Positions 1 through 6,600 of a stretch of DNA of 6,600 bases are shown here, one piece after another (positions within the stretch are counted from its first letter, which is position 1; every line of letters begins with the position of its first letter). A model generated the notes under the pieces. It was not told the origin of the DNA. It made no database searches and saw only the letters and a list, made by a program, of their open reading frames with translations. A program made the position numbers and the translations under genes. This stretch comes from a virus (taxonomy: Duplodnaviria > Heunggongvirae > Uroviricota > Caudoviricetes), in IMG/VR virus record IMGVR_UViG_2713896772_000009; one strand, written 5' to 3'.

Positions 1-2345
1 TAACCACCTTCCGCATAGCCGCGCATCAGACGGTAAAGATTCCCCACACCTATCCGGCTGGTTGCCTCTTTCGTGAAAACAAACTCCCCGCGGTGAACTA
101 TCCCCGCAGGCTCATATTTGCCGCCCGTCCCCGTAAATCCTCCGGTCGCNNNNNNNNNNNNNNNNNNGCCAATGGCGCTGCCGATACGCCCGACAATGCC
201 CACCATGGCCTGTTTAAGCAGGATTTCTGTCATCATGGACAGCACCGAACGGGTGAATCCCCGCCAGTCTGCCTCTGCACCGGTCAGCATCGCCGCCATA
301 TTCTGTGCAATACCGTCAAAGGTCTGCGTGGCCACGCTTTTAACCTGCGAAAAACTGTCCGTCGCACTTTCTGCCCACTCGCCCCAGCCGGACTTCAGAC
401 CGGCCATCCAGTCACCGCGCAGCATGTCTTCATCCGCCCATGTCTGTTTCAGTGCCCCAGTGACCCGGGCCAGCGCATCCGGATTATCACCGTACACGTC
501 ACGAAGGCGCTGCTCTTCCGACTCCCGCTGCGCCTGACGGTCGGTGAGGCCCCGCGCCTGGGCACTGATTGCCGCCTGCTTCGCGCCCTGCTGCTGCTCA
601 AACCGCGCAGCCTGCTGTGCCAGCTCATTCAGCCGTTTCTGGTGTTCAACTTTGTCTCCCAGCTCAGCCAGCTGGCGTTTGTACTCCAGCGTCTCTTTCT
701 CATGGGTCAGCAGGGATTTTTCCTGCTCAGATAACTGCCGTTTCGTGGCTGCCTCTTTCAGGACCGCATACTGATTTTCCGCTTTCCATAAATCGCGACG
801 CTGCTGGCTGATTTTCCCATTCGCACCGCTGTGTTTTTCCAGCGTCCGGAGCTCGGTTTCAAGCGCCAGCAGAGCCTCTCTTGCCTGCTCCTCTTCCCTC
901 TCCCCGGCAGAGCGCGTTTTCGGTGATGTATGCTTTTTACCTGTCAGCTCTTCAGCCAGACGGCTGACGGCTTCCTGCTGCCCAGGACCTTTGCTGACGC
1001 CTGTTGCACGCGAGCGGTTGATGTACCCCATTTCCCCCTGGCGTATACGCGCATCCCGTTCCGCAATGGATTTTCTCAGCGCCAGTTCATCGCGTTTTGT
1101 TTTCTCAATAAATACGCGGTTCTCTTCTGCCAGTTCACCAAACAACGCACCAACGCCGGGCACATTCTTTGTCGTTTCCCAGGCTGACTGAATAAATTCA
1201 GCCAGCGCCAGATCCCCCTGCACAAGCAGCAGCTTCACTTGTTCAACGGTTCCGGCCACCACGTCAGTGATCAGACTGAGTGCCCCCAGTGTATGATCAC
1301 CTATCCATGCCCATGCGTCAGAAGTCCAGGTTTTAACATCGTCCCAGATTTTTTCCACCGGCGTGGCCGCTTTATCAAGTTGCTCCAGACGTGCATTCAT
1401 GACATCCGCAAACAGGGACATCGCCTCCGTCACCGCAGCCTGTTTACCTTTCGTGCGCTCAAGCTCATCAATATGGCGTAACTGGGAAACGCTCAGGAAG
1501 TTATACTGCTGATTCAGGGAGGCCAGCGCCTTCACCGGATCTGCTGCAATCCCTTCAAAGGCTTTTTCCACCTTCCCGGCATCGTCCCCCACCGTCTGCA
1601 GCCATCTCTGAGAGGTTTCCCCCATGATCCGTAGCTGCCCGGCGGTATATTTCCCGCTTTCTGCCAGACGGGCCAGATTTTCTGCCGCCTGTCTGATACC
1701 ACCACCGGCTTCATCGCTGATCACCCCGGCCATTTTCCACAATTCTGCCGTTGTGGTGGCAGCCGCCCCTCCGGTCAGGATCAGTGAACGCAATAAGGCC
1801 CGGTCAGCCTGCTCTGCCTGCCAGGCGGCGGCAGCAAGCGCGGCCAGTACGGCAACCCCGCCACCTGCCGCCACACGGGCCACCGACATAAATCGTCCCA
1901 GCTCACCGGCATTCCGGGCATTTTCAGCCAGTGCATTTGCCGTATCTGACAGCGACTCCTCTGATGATTCAGAGGCATCCCTGATCCCGAGAAGTTCCTC
2001 CTTCAGCAGGGTAAGCAGGCTGAGCGGTCCACCGAATGAATCGCTGATCTGCCCCCCCTGCTGCAGCATGATAAGGAAGGGATTCTGACCACCGGCAAGC
2101 TGAGTGACAATATCCGTGAACTGTGCGGGCAGTGTGCGCATGGCAGCCTTATACTGTCCGACTGATATCCCGGCTTTTTGTGCAGCCAGCGCCTGTCGGC
2201 TCAGCCCCTGTTCAACAGTACTGGCGGTTTTTCTGGCATCCGCCTCCAGACTGGAAAAATGACGGTGTACCCGGGCCATCTGTTCATCAAACCGGGCCGC
2301 ATCCAGACTCAAATCAATAACCAGATCACCCGCTGGCTGGGACAT
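1..2345 (-). CDS. H: Tail tape measure protein (lambda gpH-like), 3'-truncated by the window start; interrupted by an 18-nt N run at 150-167
   Basis: Own minus-strand translation from ATG at 2343-2345 gives MSQPAGDLVIDLSLDAARFDEQMARVHRHFS..., which matches the lambda gpH N-terminus as I recall it. The frame stays open to position 1 (spot-checked near 1000, 1800 and 1-170), ending ...GEFVFTKEATSRIGVGNLYRLMRGYAEGG, again like lambda gpH. GGAGG Shine-Dalgarno (complement of 2354-2358) sits 8 nt upstream. Absent from the ORF track because no stop codon lies in the window. No other minus-strand ORF in the same frame appears in the track across 1-2345. Confidence 0.9.
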   Translation of the reverse strand, partial: MSQPAGDLVIDLSLDAARFDEQMARVHRHFSSLEADARKTASTVEQGLSRQALAAQKAGISVGQYKAAMRTLPAQFTDIVTQLAGGQNPFLIMLQQGGQISDSFGGPLSLLTLLKEELLGIRDASESSEESLSDTANALAENARNAGELGRFMSVARVAAGGGVAVLAALAAAAWQAEQADRALLRSLILTGGAAATTTAELWKMAGVISDEAGGGIRQAAENLARLAESGKYTAGQLRIMGETSQRWLQTVGDDAGKVEKAFEGIAADPVKALASLNQQYNFLSVSQLRHIDELERTKGKQAAVTEAMSLFADVMNARLEQLDKAATPVEKIWDDVKTWTSDAWAWIGDHTLGALSLITDVVAGTVEQVKLLLVQGDLALAEFIQSAWETTKNVPGVGALFGELAEENRVFIEKTKRDELALRKSIAERDARIRQGEMGYINRSRATGVSKGPGQQEAVSRLAEELTGKKHTSPKTRSAGEREEEQAREALLALETELRTLEKHSGANGKISQQRRDLWKAENQYAVLKEAATKRQLSEQEKSLLTHEKETLEYKRQLAELGDKVEHQKRLNELAQQAARFEQQQGAKQAAISAQARGLTDRQAQRESEEQRLRDVYGDNPDALARVTGALKQTWADEDMLRGDWMAGLKSGWGEWAESATDSFSQVKSVATQTFDGIAQNMAAMLTGAEADWRGFTRSVLSMMTEILLKQAMVGIVGRIGSAIGXXXXXXATGGFTGTGGKYEPAGIVHRGEFVFTKEATSRIGVGNLYRLMRGYAEGG
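150..167. other. Run of 18 ambiguous bases (N): assembly gap or masked bases inside the H coding region
   Basis: Directly visible in the sequence. Reading frame of H is the same on both flanks (...GRIGSAIG / 6 X / ATGGFTGTGGKYEPAG...). Confidence 0.95.
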
Positions 2346-2802
2346 ATCTCACACCTCCGGAAATCCCCGCTGAAGCCATCATTAATGCAACATCATCCTC
2401 GCTGACATCCACCACATCCGCAGAAGGTGAAATATCGCGCCCTCCGTCCCCTCCGAACCGGACGCCTCCGGCAACTCCTGTCGCTTTCTGCATCAGCATT
2501 TCTTCCTCGTCCGGCATCTCCGTCTGCTCTTCCTCACACGCTGGAGCAAGCAGACTGAAATCCGCCGGATGCATATCCGGATCGCCAAAAAACAGGCTGA
2601 GTACGGCGTACATCAGCCCGGAAAAATGAGCGTCCAGTTGGGTATCCTGAAAATAATGCGTGCAGTAAAAACGTCGCCAGTCGGCATATTCGGTGGATGT
2701 CATCCCGGCAAGCATGGCGCGCCAGTCGGGTCTCCCCATCTCTCGCGCCAGTTTCAGGACAAAGTTCAGCTCGCCTTCGAATGCTTTTTTGATGTTACCG
2801 GC
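2326..2802 (-). CDS. T: Tail assembly chaperone T-frame segment, expressed as the C-terminal part of a G-T fusion via programmed -1 frameshift (not independently initiated)
   Basis: Track ORF 2326..2739 (137 aa, acidic C-terminal half) lies in the -1 frame relative to G. That frame is open upstream to the TGA at 2803-2805 and overlaps the last ~12 codons of G. Its position between G and H matches the lambda G/G-T arrangement. The internal ATG at 2737-2739 has no convincing Shine-Dalgarno motif. Confidence 0.8.
   Translation of the reverse strand, partial: AGNIKKAFEGELNFVLKLAREMGRPDWRAMLAGMTSTEYADWRRFYCTHYFQDTQLDAHFSGLMYAVLSLFFGDPDMHPADFSLLAPACEEEQTEMPDEEEMLMQKATGVAGGVRFGGDGGRDISPSADVVDVSEDDVALMMASAGISGGVRYVPASG
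2354..2358 (-). promoter_or_regulatory. Shine-Dalgarno (GGAGG) for H
   Basis: Complement of cctcc, 8 nt upstream of the H ATG at 2343-2345. Confidence 0.6.
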
Positions 2803-3188
2803 TCAGTCGCTTCTGCTTTCCCGGTTTGTTCAGGATCGGCATCGTGCCGGTTATCCAGCATACCTGAAAGATAAAGCACCCGGTTCGTTGCCTGATTCAG
2901 TGCATCAGCAGGCCATCCCAGCATCACTTCACGGCGGATCTGCTGCATCTCTGTCTCCGGAGAGGCCAGAGTGCCTTTGAGGGAATGGGAATGCCATAGC
3001 GACATCGCCACAAGCAGGGATGCCGTTTCCAGATATCGCTGGTTAATGTGCACGACATCATGCTTCGTTGTCTCCTGTTGTTCTGCGTCTGAAACAAACT
3101 TTATATAATCAAACCGCTGCAGCGCAGACAATTCGGAAAGCGTGACGGACACACCGTTATATTCAAATTGTTCTGTTTTCAGAAACAT
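2766..3188 (-). CDS. G: Tail assembly chaperone (lambda gpG-like), 140 aa
   Basis: Track ORF beginning MFLKTEQFEYNGVSVTLSELSALQ..., recalled similarity to the lambda gpG N-terminus and same length (140 aa). ATG at 3186-3188 with GGAGG (complement of 3195-3199) 6 nt upstream. Lies immediately downstream of V. Confidence 0.9.
   Translation of the reverse strand: MFLKTEQFEYNGVSVTLSELSALQRFDYIKFVSDAEQQETTKHDVVHINQRYLETASLLVAMSLWHSHSLKGTLASPETEMQQIRREVMLGWPADALNQATNRVLYLSGMLDNRHDADPEQTGKAEATEPVTSKKHSKAS
2784..2790 (-). promoter_or_regulatory. Candidate -1 programmed ribosomal frameshift slippery heptamer A_AAA_AAG (G to G-T)
   Basis: Minus-strand sequence ...ACA UCA AAA AAG CAU UCG... puts AAA AAG (Lys-Lys) in the G zero frame, preceded by A. 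A -1 slip continues in the T frame as A-F-E-G-E-L-N-F-V-L-K-L-A-R-E-M-G-R-P-D-W... with no stop. It lies 5 codons before the G stop, within the G/T overlap. Confidence 0.7.
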
Positions 3189-3194
3189 GTATTA

Positions 3195-3199
3195 CCTCC
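3195..3199 (-). promoter_or_regulatory. Shine-Dalgarno (GGAGG) for G
   Basis: Complement of cctcc, 6 nt upstream of the G ATG at 3186-3188, between the V stop (3202-3204) and the G start. Confidence 0.6.
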
Positions 3200-3201
3200 G
3201 T

Positions 3202-3954
3202 TTACCCTGCAGCGCCCGCTTCAGTAACGGTGACTTCAGCCACTGCGGCGAACTGACCATTTCCGCTCACCACAGGGATCTGCACCTTACCTGTCGCCAC
3301 GCCGTTTACCGTAATTGTCATATCTTTCACACTAATGGTGGCTTTCGACGGATCGGCGGAAACCGCTCTGAACGTCTTGTCGGTTGCACTTTCCGGCTCA
3401 AAAGAAACCGTCAGGGTGGTTGTTTTCCCTTTTGCCACCGTACCGGATGTCGGCGTCACCTTAATCGCAGTGACCGGCGTAATTTTGCTGCGTTCTTCCG
3501 CTACAGAAGGTTTGCCCACGTTGGTCACTTTCACCGTGCGGGTGATCACTTCTTTCGCCGTCACGGCCTTACCGATACTGCTGACCCAGCCACGGAACAC
3601 ATCCACCGTGCCATTTGGGAAACGGATTTTATAGGCCCGCACATCCCCGCTTTCAAACCAGCCTATAAGCCCTTTCTGACCTTCTTCTCCCGGTTTCCAG
3701 GCCAGCGTAAAACTGGTATCTCCTGCAGACTTCTGCCCCTGCCCGGTCGCGGTCCAGTCCGCGTCTTCATCATCCAGGTAGTTATCATCGTAGGGTTCTG
3801 CCGTCATCTCGCCCGGCGTCAGATCCTTCACCTTAGCCAGTCGCTGCCAGTCATCGTCTGACAACGGGTTTGCATAAGCATCACCCTTGCCGTTGTAAAC
3901 CCACAGAGTGGTACCGGCACCTTTTACCGGCTCAAGGGGATTTGGTGTTGCCAT
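3202..3954 (-). CDS. V: Major tail tube protein (lambda gpV-like), 250 aa, with C-terminal Ig-like region
   Basis: Track [39 protein letters not shown]...[39 protein letters not shown]... closely resembles lambda gpV as recalled. The C-terminal ~90 aa is rich in T/V/S/K (...[63 protein letters not shown]), typical of a Big_2/Ig-like decoration domain. GAGGA Shine-Dalgarno upstream overlaps the U stop. Confidence 0.93.
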   Translation of the reverse strand: MATPNPLEPVKGAGTTLWVYNGKGDAYANPLSDDDWQRLAKVKDLTPGEMTAEPYDDNYLDDEDADWTATGQGQKSAGDTSFTLAWKPGEEGQKGLIGWFESGDVRAYKIRFPNGTVDVFRGWVSSIGKAVTAKEVITRTVKVTNVGKPSVAEERSKITPVTAIKVTPTSGTVAKGKTTTLTVSFEPESATDKTFRAVSADPSKATISVKDMTITVNGVATGKVQIPVVSGNGQFAAVAEVTVTEAGAAG

Positions 3955-3961
3955 ATCGTCC

Positions 3962-4357
3962 TCACATCTCGTATGTAATGGAATAAGTCAGATCTGCAGA
4001 ACTCCATAACGCCATATCGTCATCACGACGATACTCATAGCCCTGCGTAACCATCGTGGTAATCAGTCCTGCCAGTGCCGGGATATCGCTCATCACCGGA
4101 TAAATCCGGGACTCCATCCACGCATCCAGCTCTGAATCCGGCACCTGAGCAGGCAGGAAAACTTCAATATGCAGCTCCGCCTGCCAGGTATCGCTGTCCA
4201 GCTCTTCGCCCGTGTATTCAGCGCCGGTGAGATAAACGGCAACTGCCGGAAAATCCGCCTCATCAAAAACAGCGGGGCGACCATCAAAAAGCGTCGCCCC
4301 GGTGTCATGCTTCTCCAGTGCATCCAGTACGGCTGCACGGAGTTCAGTATGTTTCAT
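3962..4357 (-). CDS. U: Tail terminator protein (lambda gpU-like), 131 aa
   Basis: Track [36 protein letters not shown]... matches lambda gpU as recalled, with the same length (131 aa). Its start ATG overlaps the Z stop (ATGA). Confidence 0.93.
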   Translation of the reverse strand: MKHTELRAAVLDALEKHDTGATLFDGRPAVFDEADFPAVAVYLTGAEYTGEELDSDTWQAELHIEVFLPAQVPDSELDAWMESRIYPVMSDIPALAGLITTMVTQGYEYRRDDDMALWSSADLTYSITYEM

Positions 4358-4932
4358 CGCTTTATTACCATTCTCAGTTGATGCTGCAGCGCATAGCCCA
4401 GCTCTTTCGGAAGACGTTCACGCCGTATCCGTTCAATATTCTGTTTAAACGCCGTGGTAAGCGGCACCGCCATCGGGATTTTCACCACATCAATGGGGTA
4501 ACGGTTTTTCCCGGCCACACGCTGCATGACATGCCACCGCCCATTTTTCAGTTGCTGAATAAACGCGCCGGGAATACGACGGTTTCCCACCACAAGCACG
4601 CTGCCGCCACCTTTCAGGGATGAACGCTGCCCCTTTTTACGACGCCTGCGTCGGGACAGGACAACCCGCGCATTCCCCAGCTTGATTACGGGCAAATCCC
4701 CCCGGTTAACCTTGATTCTGGCCTGCGGATTTTTAACCGTGGCCCTTTTCAGCCTGGCCCTTTCCTTTACCAGTTTCCGGCGTACCTTTGTCTCACGGGC
4801 AACCTGTGACGCAGACTGCGATATCGCGGATGAAGCAACGCGGTTAATGGCCATTGCTGACGCACCGGGCACCGCCGTTTTGCTGATACGGCTGAGGTTT
4901 TCAACGGCCTGCTCAAGACCTTTTATGGCCAT
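4354..4932 (-). CDS. Z: Tail completion protein (lambda gpZ-like), 192 aa
   Basis: Track ORF MAIKGLEQAVENLSRISKTAVPGASAMAINRVASSAISQSASQVARETKVRRKLVKERARLKRATVKNPQARIKVNRGDLPV... matches lambda gpZ as recalled, with the same length (192 aa). AAGGGGG Shine-Dalgarno upstream. Position between FII and U. Confidence 0.93.
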   Translation of the reverse strand: MAIKGLEQAVENLSRISKTAVPGASAMAINRVASSAISQSASQVARETKVRRKLVKERARLKRATVKNPQARIKVNRGDLPVIKLGNARVVLSRRRRRKKGQRSSLKGGGSVLVVGNRRIPGAFIQQLKNGRWHVMQRVAGKNRYPIDVVKIPMAVPLTTAFKQNIERIRRERLPKELGYALQHQLRMVIKR

Positions 4933-4943
4933 ACATCCCCCTT

Positions 4944-5297
4944 TCAGCGGCGACGGTTAACGGCAGGCGGCACGCCACGCCCAAGCCAGAGATGACAGCT
5001 TCCGCCATCATCCGGCGAAATCCGGTCTATCCAGAAGTTTTCCTCACCGATGGTCAGCGTGTCTCCACGCCGCAGCTGCCGCACATCATCAGTCCGGACA
5101 AACAGGGACGGGCTGGAGCCTTCAACGCGCACGCCCTGTCCGGCATAGCTGATATTTTCAGGGTCATCAAAAACACCACGTATTACTGCGCCGGACTGCT
5201 CACCGGATGTCATGGTGGCTGACGTTCCCATGTACCCGCGTATCGTTTCATCGGCGCGGGCAATGGCAGCATCGAACAGGTTATCGAAATCAGCCAC
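4944..5297 (-). CDS. FII: Head-tail joining protein (lambda gpFII-like), 117 aa, GTG start
   Basis: Track ORF MADFDNLFDAAIARADETIRGYMGTSATMTSGEQSGAVIRGVFDDPENISYAGQGVRVEGSSPSLFVRTDDVRQLRRGDTLTIGEENFW... is near-identical to lambda gpFII as recalled (117 aa). Start codon is GTG (complement of 5295-5297), preceded by GGGAGG. Confidence 0.93.
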   Translation of the reverse strand: MADFDNLFDAAIARADETIRGYMGTSATMTSGEQSGAVIRGVFDDPENISYAGQGVRVEGSSPSLFVRTDDVRQLRRGDTLTIGEENFWIDRISPDDGGSCHLWLGRGVPPAVNRRR

Positions 5298-5308
5298 AGC
5301 GCCTCCCG

Positions 5309-5704
5309 TTATTGCATTCTGGCCAGGCCACGTTCTGTCATTTCGGCTGCCACACCGGCAGAGACACGAAACGCCGTTCCCGGCAGCACAAATGCCACAG
5401 GTTCATCCCGCGTGGCGTGAAGTGCATCGGTATGCAGCGTCACCAGTGCCACAACCGTGACCAGAGCAGCCGTATCAGTCACGGTATCCGTCTGTGCTGA
5501 TACCACCTCATTTTCATGTCCGGTCAGCGCATTTTCCGGGCTGACAGACGTGTCCTGACCGGCTGCGTCATCCGTGTCATCAAGCTCCTCTTCCAGCTCT
5601 GCCACACGGAGCGCCAGTTCTTCTTTCGTCCCCGTCAGGCTGACATCACGGTTCAGTTGTTCACCCAGCGAGCGGAGACGGGCAATCAGTTCATCTTTCG
5701 TCAT
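5309..5704 (-). CDS. FI: DNA-packaging / head assembly protein (lambda gpFI-like), ~131 aa
   Basis: Track ORF 5309..5743 reads MALRGHCFSVDES-MTKDELIARLRSLGEQLNRDVSLTGTKEELALRVAEL... The lambda gpFI N-terminus as recalled is MTKDELIARLRSLGEQLNRDVSLTGTKEELALRVAEL, so I place the start at the internal ATG (codon 5702-5704). The 13 upstream codons fall in the E-FI intergenic hairpin. The C-terminus (...TDALHATRDEPVAFVLPGTAFRVSAGVAAEMTERGLARMQ) is also lambda-like. Confidence 0.88.
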   Translation of the reverse strand: MTKDELIARLRSLGEQLNRDVSLTGTKEELALRVAELEEELDDTDDAAGQDTSVSPENALTGHENEVVSAQTDTVTDTAALVTVVALVTLHTDALHATRDEPVAFVLPGTAFRVSAGVAAEMTERGLARMQ

Positions 5705-5725
5705 GGACTCATCCACAGAGAAACA

Positions 5726-5743
5726 ATGGCCCCGAAGGGCCAT
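5726..5743 (-). other. Intergenic RNA hairpin with UUCG tetraloop between E and FI (minus-strand transcript AUGGCCC-UUCG-GGGCCAU)
   Basis: Deduced from the track ORF codons ATG GCC CTT CGG GGC CAT, which give a perfect 7-bp stem with a UUCG loop. It starts 3 nt after the E stop codon and is followed by UGUUUCUCUGUGG before the FI start. Confidence 0.5.
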
Positions 5744-5745
5744 GA

Positions 5746-6600
5746 TTACGCCAGTTGTACAGACACGAACTCATCAGGGTCAGCCAGCAGCATCAGCGGT
5801 GCTGACTGAATCATGGTGAACTCTCGCGCCGGATCGCCGGTAGTCACCCAGTTTTTCGGGTAACGGGCAGAGGCGTTAATGCCTTCGCGCTGTGCGTCCG
5901 CATCCTGAATACAGCCATAGGTACGCAGACCGCGTGCCTGAGTGTTCCCCAGCACCATCGTGTTGTCCGGCAGGAAGTTCTTTTTGACGCCGTTTTCCAC
6001 GTACTGTCCGGAATACACGACGATGGCCACATCGCCATACATTCCCTTATAAGACACCGCTTTGCCCAGGTCTTTTACCGCTGTCTCCAGCTCGGAATGA
6101 GAGCCGCGACGGGTATCCAGCTTATCCCTGACGGCTTTGAAGGAACGGAACAGCGCCCATCCTTTCGGATCAAACACGATGATATTCACCACGCCGCTGG
6201 CGTTCAGCGCGTAGGCTTCGATATCGTCGGTCGGGTCATACGTGGACTTGTCACGCTTGCTCCACTCCGTGCCACCGGACTGTGTGATGTTGTTTGCCGC
6301 ACTGCGGCCCATATCCACCTCAACCGGATCAAAGGCTTCACCGGTCATGGTGTATTTGCCCTTAAGCACGGCAGAAACTGCCTGCATCTCTTCGACCTGG
6401 GCAATGGCCAGCTCTTCGTCACGCATGTTCTGCATGATGATGCGACGGCGGCGGTAAGCCGGGTCCGCCAGATTCTGCGGATCTTCATCCGGCAGGCGAC
6501 GCAGGGTCATCTGCGGATTCACCTCATGCTTCGGCTTGACATATCCCGGCGTAAATTCAGAGGTGGAGCCGCCACGGGAACGGATAACCTCACCGGAAAC
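5746..6600 (-). CDS. E: Major capsid protein (lambda gpE-like), 5'-truncated by the window end (C-terminal ~284 aa present)
   Basis: Track ORF ...NPQMTLRRLPDEDPQNLADPAYRRRRIIMQNMRDEELAIAQVEEMQAVSAVLKGKYTMTGEAFDPVEVDMGRS...REFTMIQSAPLMLLADPDEFVSVQLA is near-identical to the lambda gpE C-terminal region as recalled. The frame continues open upstream of the track's GTG at 6522 to the window end (VSGEVIRSRGGSTSEFTPGYVKPKHEV), so the true start is beyond 6600. Confidence 0.95.
   Translation of the reverse strand, partial: VSGEVIRSRGGSTSEFTPGYVKPKHEVNPQMTLRRLPDEDPQNLADPAYRRRRIIMQNMRDEELAIAQVEEMQAVSAVLKGKYTMTGEAFDPVEVDMGRSAANNITQSGGTEWSKRDKSTYDPTDDIEAYALNASGVVNIIVFDPKGWALFRSFKAVRDKLDTRRGSHSELETAVKDLGKAVSYKGMYGDVAIVVYSGQYVENGVKKNFLPDNTMVLGNTQARGLRTYGCIQDADAQREGINASARYPKNWVTTGDPAREFTMIQSAPLMLLADPDEFVSVQLA

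Noticed and set aside
93-734. 213-aa plus-strand ORF (and neighbours 118..537, 544..774, 569..811) as candidate genes
   Set aside because: They lie entirely antisense to the H coding frame, which has strong lambda gpH similarity. Their translations are low-complexity (R/P/A/C-rich), include the N run, and have no Shine-Dalgarno motif. This is typical of spurious antisense ORFs in GC-rich coding DNA.
930-2405. Plus-strand ORFs 930..1187, 991..1191, 1239..1481, 1624..2088, 2123..2320, 2178..2405 and minus-strand ORFs 1532..1714 and 1781..1978
   Set aside because: All are nested within H, either antisense or in alternative frames, with biased non-protein-like composition. H occupies this whole interval.
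4631-4646. Short inverted repeat (CGACGC...GCGTCG) as a terminator or regulatory hairpin
   Set aside because: It lies inside the Z coding region in the Arg-rich segment (RRRRRKK), has a short stem and no U tract. It is most simply a by-product of repeated Arg codons.
5705-5743. N-terminal extension of FI (MALRGHCFSVDES...) from the track's upstream ATG at 5743
   Set aside because: The lambda gpFI N-terminus corresponds to the internal MTKDELIARL start. The upstream ATG is itself part of the stem of the intergenic UUCG hairpin, so it is unlikely to be an initiation site.
2569-5819. Plus-strand ORFs across the T-G-V-U-Z-FII-FI region (e.g. 3142..3861 at 239 aa, 4318..4623, 5207..5500, 5516..5809) as a possible hidden opposite-strand system
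   Set aside because: Each is fully overlapped on the opposite strand by a recognisable lambda-like structural gene. Their sequences are Cys/Arg/His-rich with no recognisable motifs, so I see no evidence for real antisense genes.
5746-6522. Track start of E at GTG 6522 (258 aa)
   Set aside because: The frame is open beyond 6522 to the window end and continues to match lambda gpE, so the ORF is 5'-truncated by the window, not started at this internal GTG.
1-6600. Novel defence or accessory system, CRISPR array, tRNA, IS element or integrase in this window
   Set aside because: All coding capacity is accounted for by nine syntenic lambda-like head/tail genes with minimal intergenic space. I found no direct-repeat/spacer architecture, no tRNA-like structure and no terminal inverted repeats.

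Overview
The window is one contiguous, minus-strand block of the late structural operon of a lambda-like (lambdoid) siphovirus or prophage, probably from an enterobacterial host. Read 5'->3' on the minus strand the gene order is E (major capsid, 5'-truncated by the window end), FI, FII, Z, U, V, G, T (made as a G-T fusion by -1 frameshift) and H (tail tape measure, 3'-truncated by the window start). This matches phage lambda's head-tail module with no inserted cargo genes. Genes are tightly packed with short intergenic gaps, Shine-Dalgarno motifs and one ATGA stop/start overlap. H is not in the supplied ORF track, because its stop codon lies outside the window; I recovered it by translating the minus strand myself. 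All plus-strand ORFs in the track are antisense to these genes and are best treated as artefacts. I see no tRNA, rRNA, CRISPR array, IS element or integrase. I do not find evidence for a novel non-structural system here; the points worth a second look are a non-lambda-type G-T frameshift heptamer, a UUCG-tetraloop hairpin between E and FI, an in-frame N-run inside H, and mosaic divergence in H, FI and V. Protein identifications rest on my recollection of lambda protein sequences, not on a database search.
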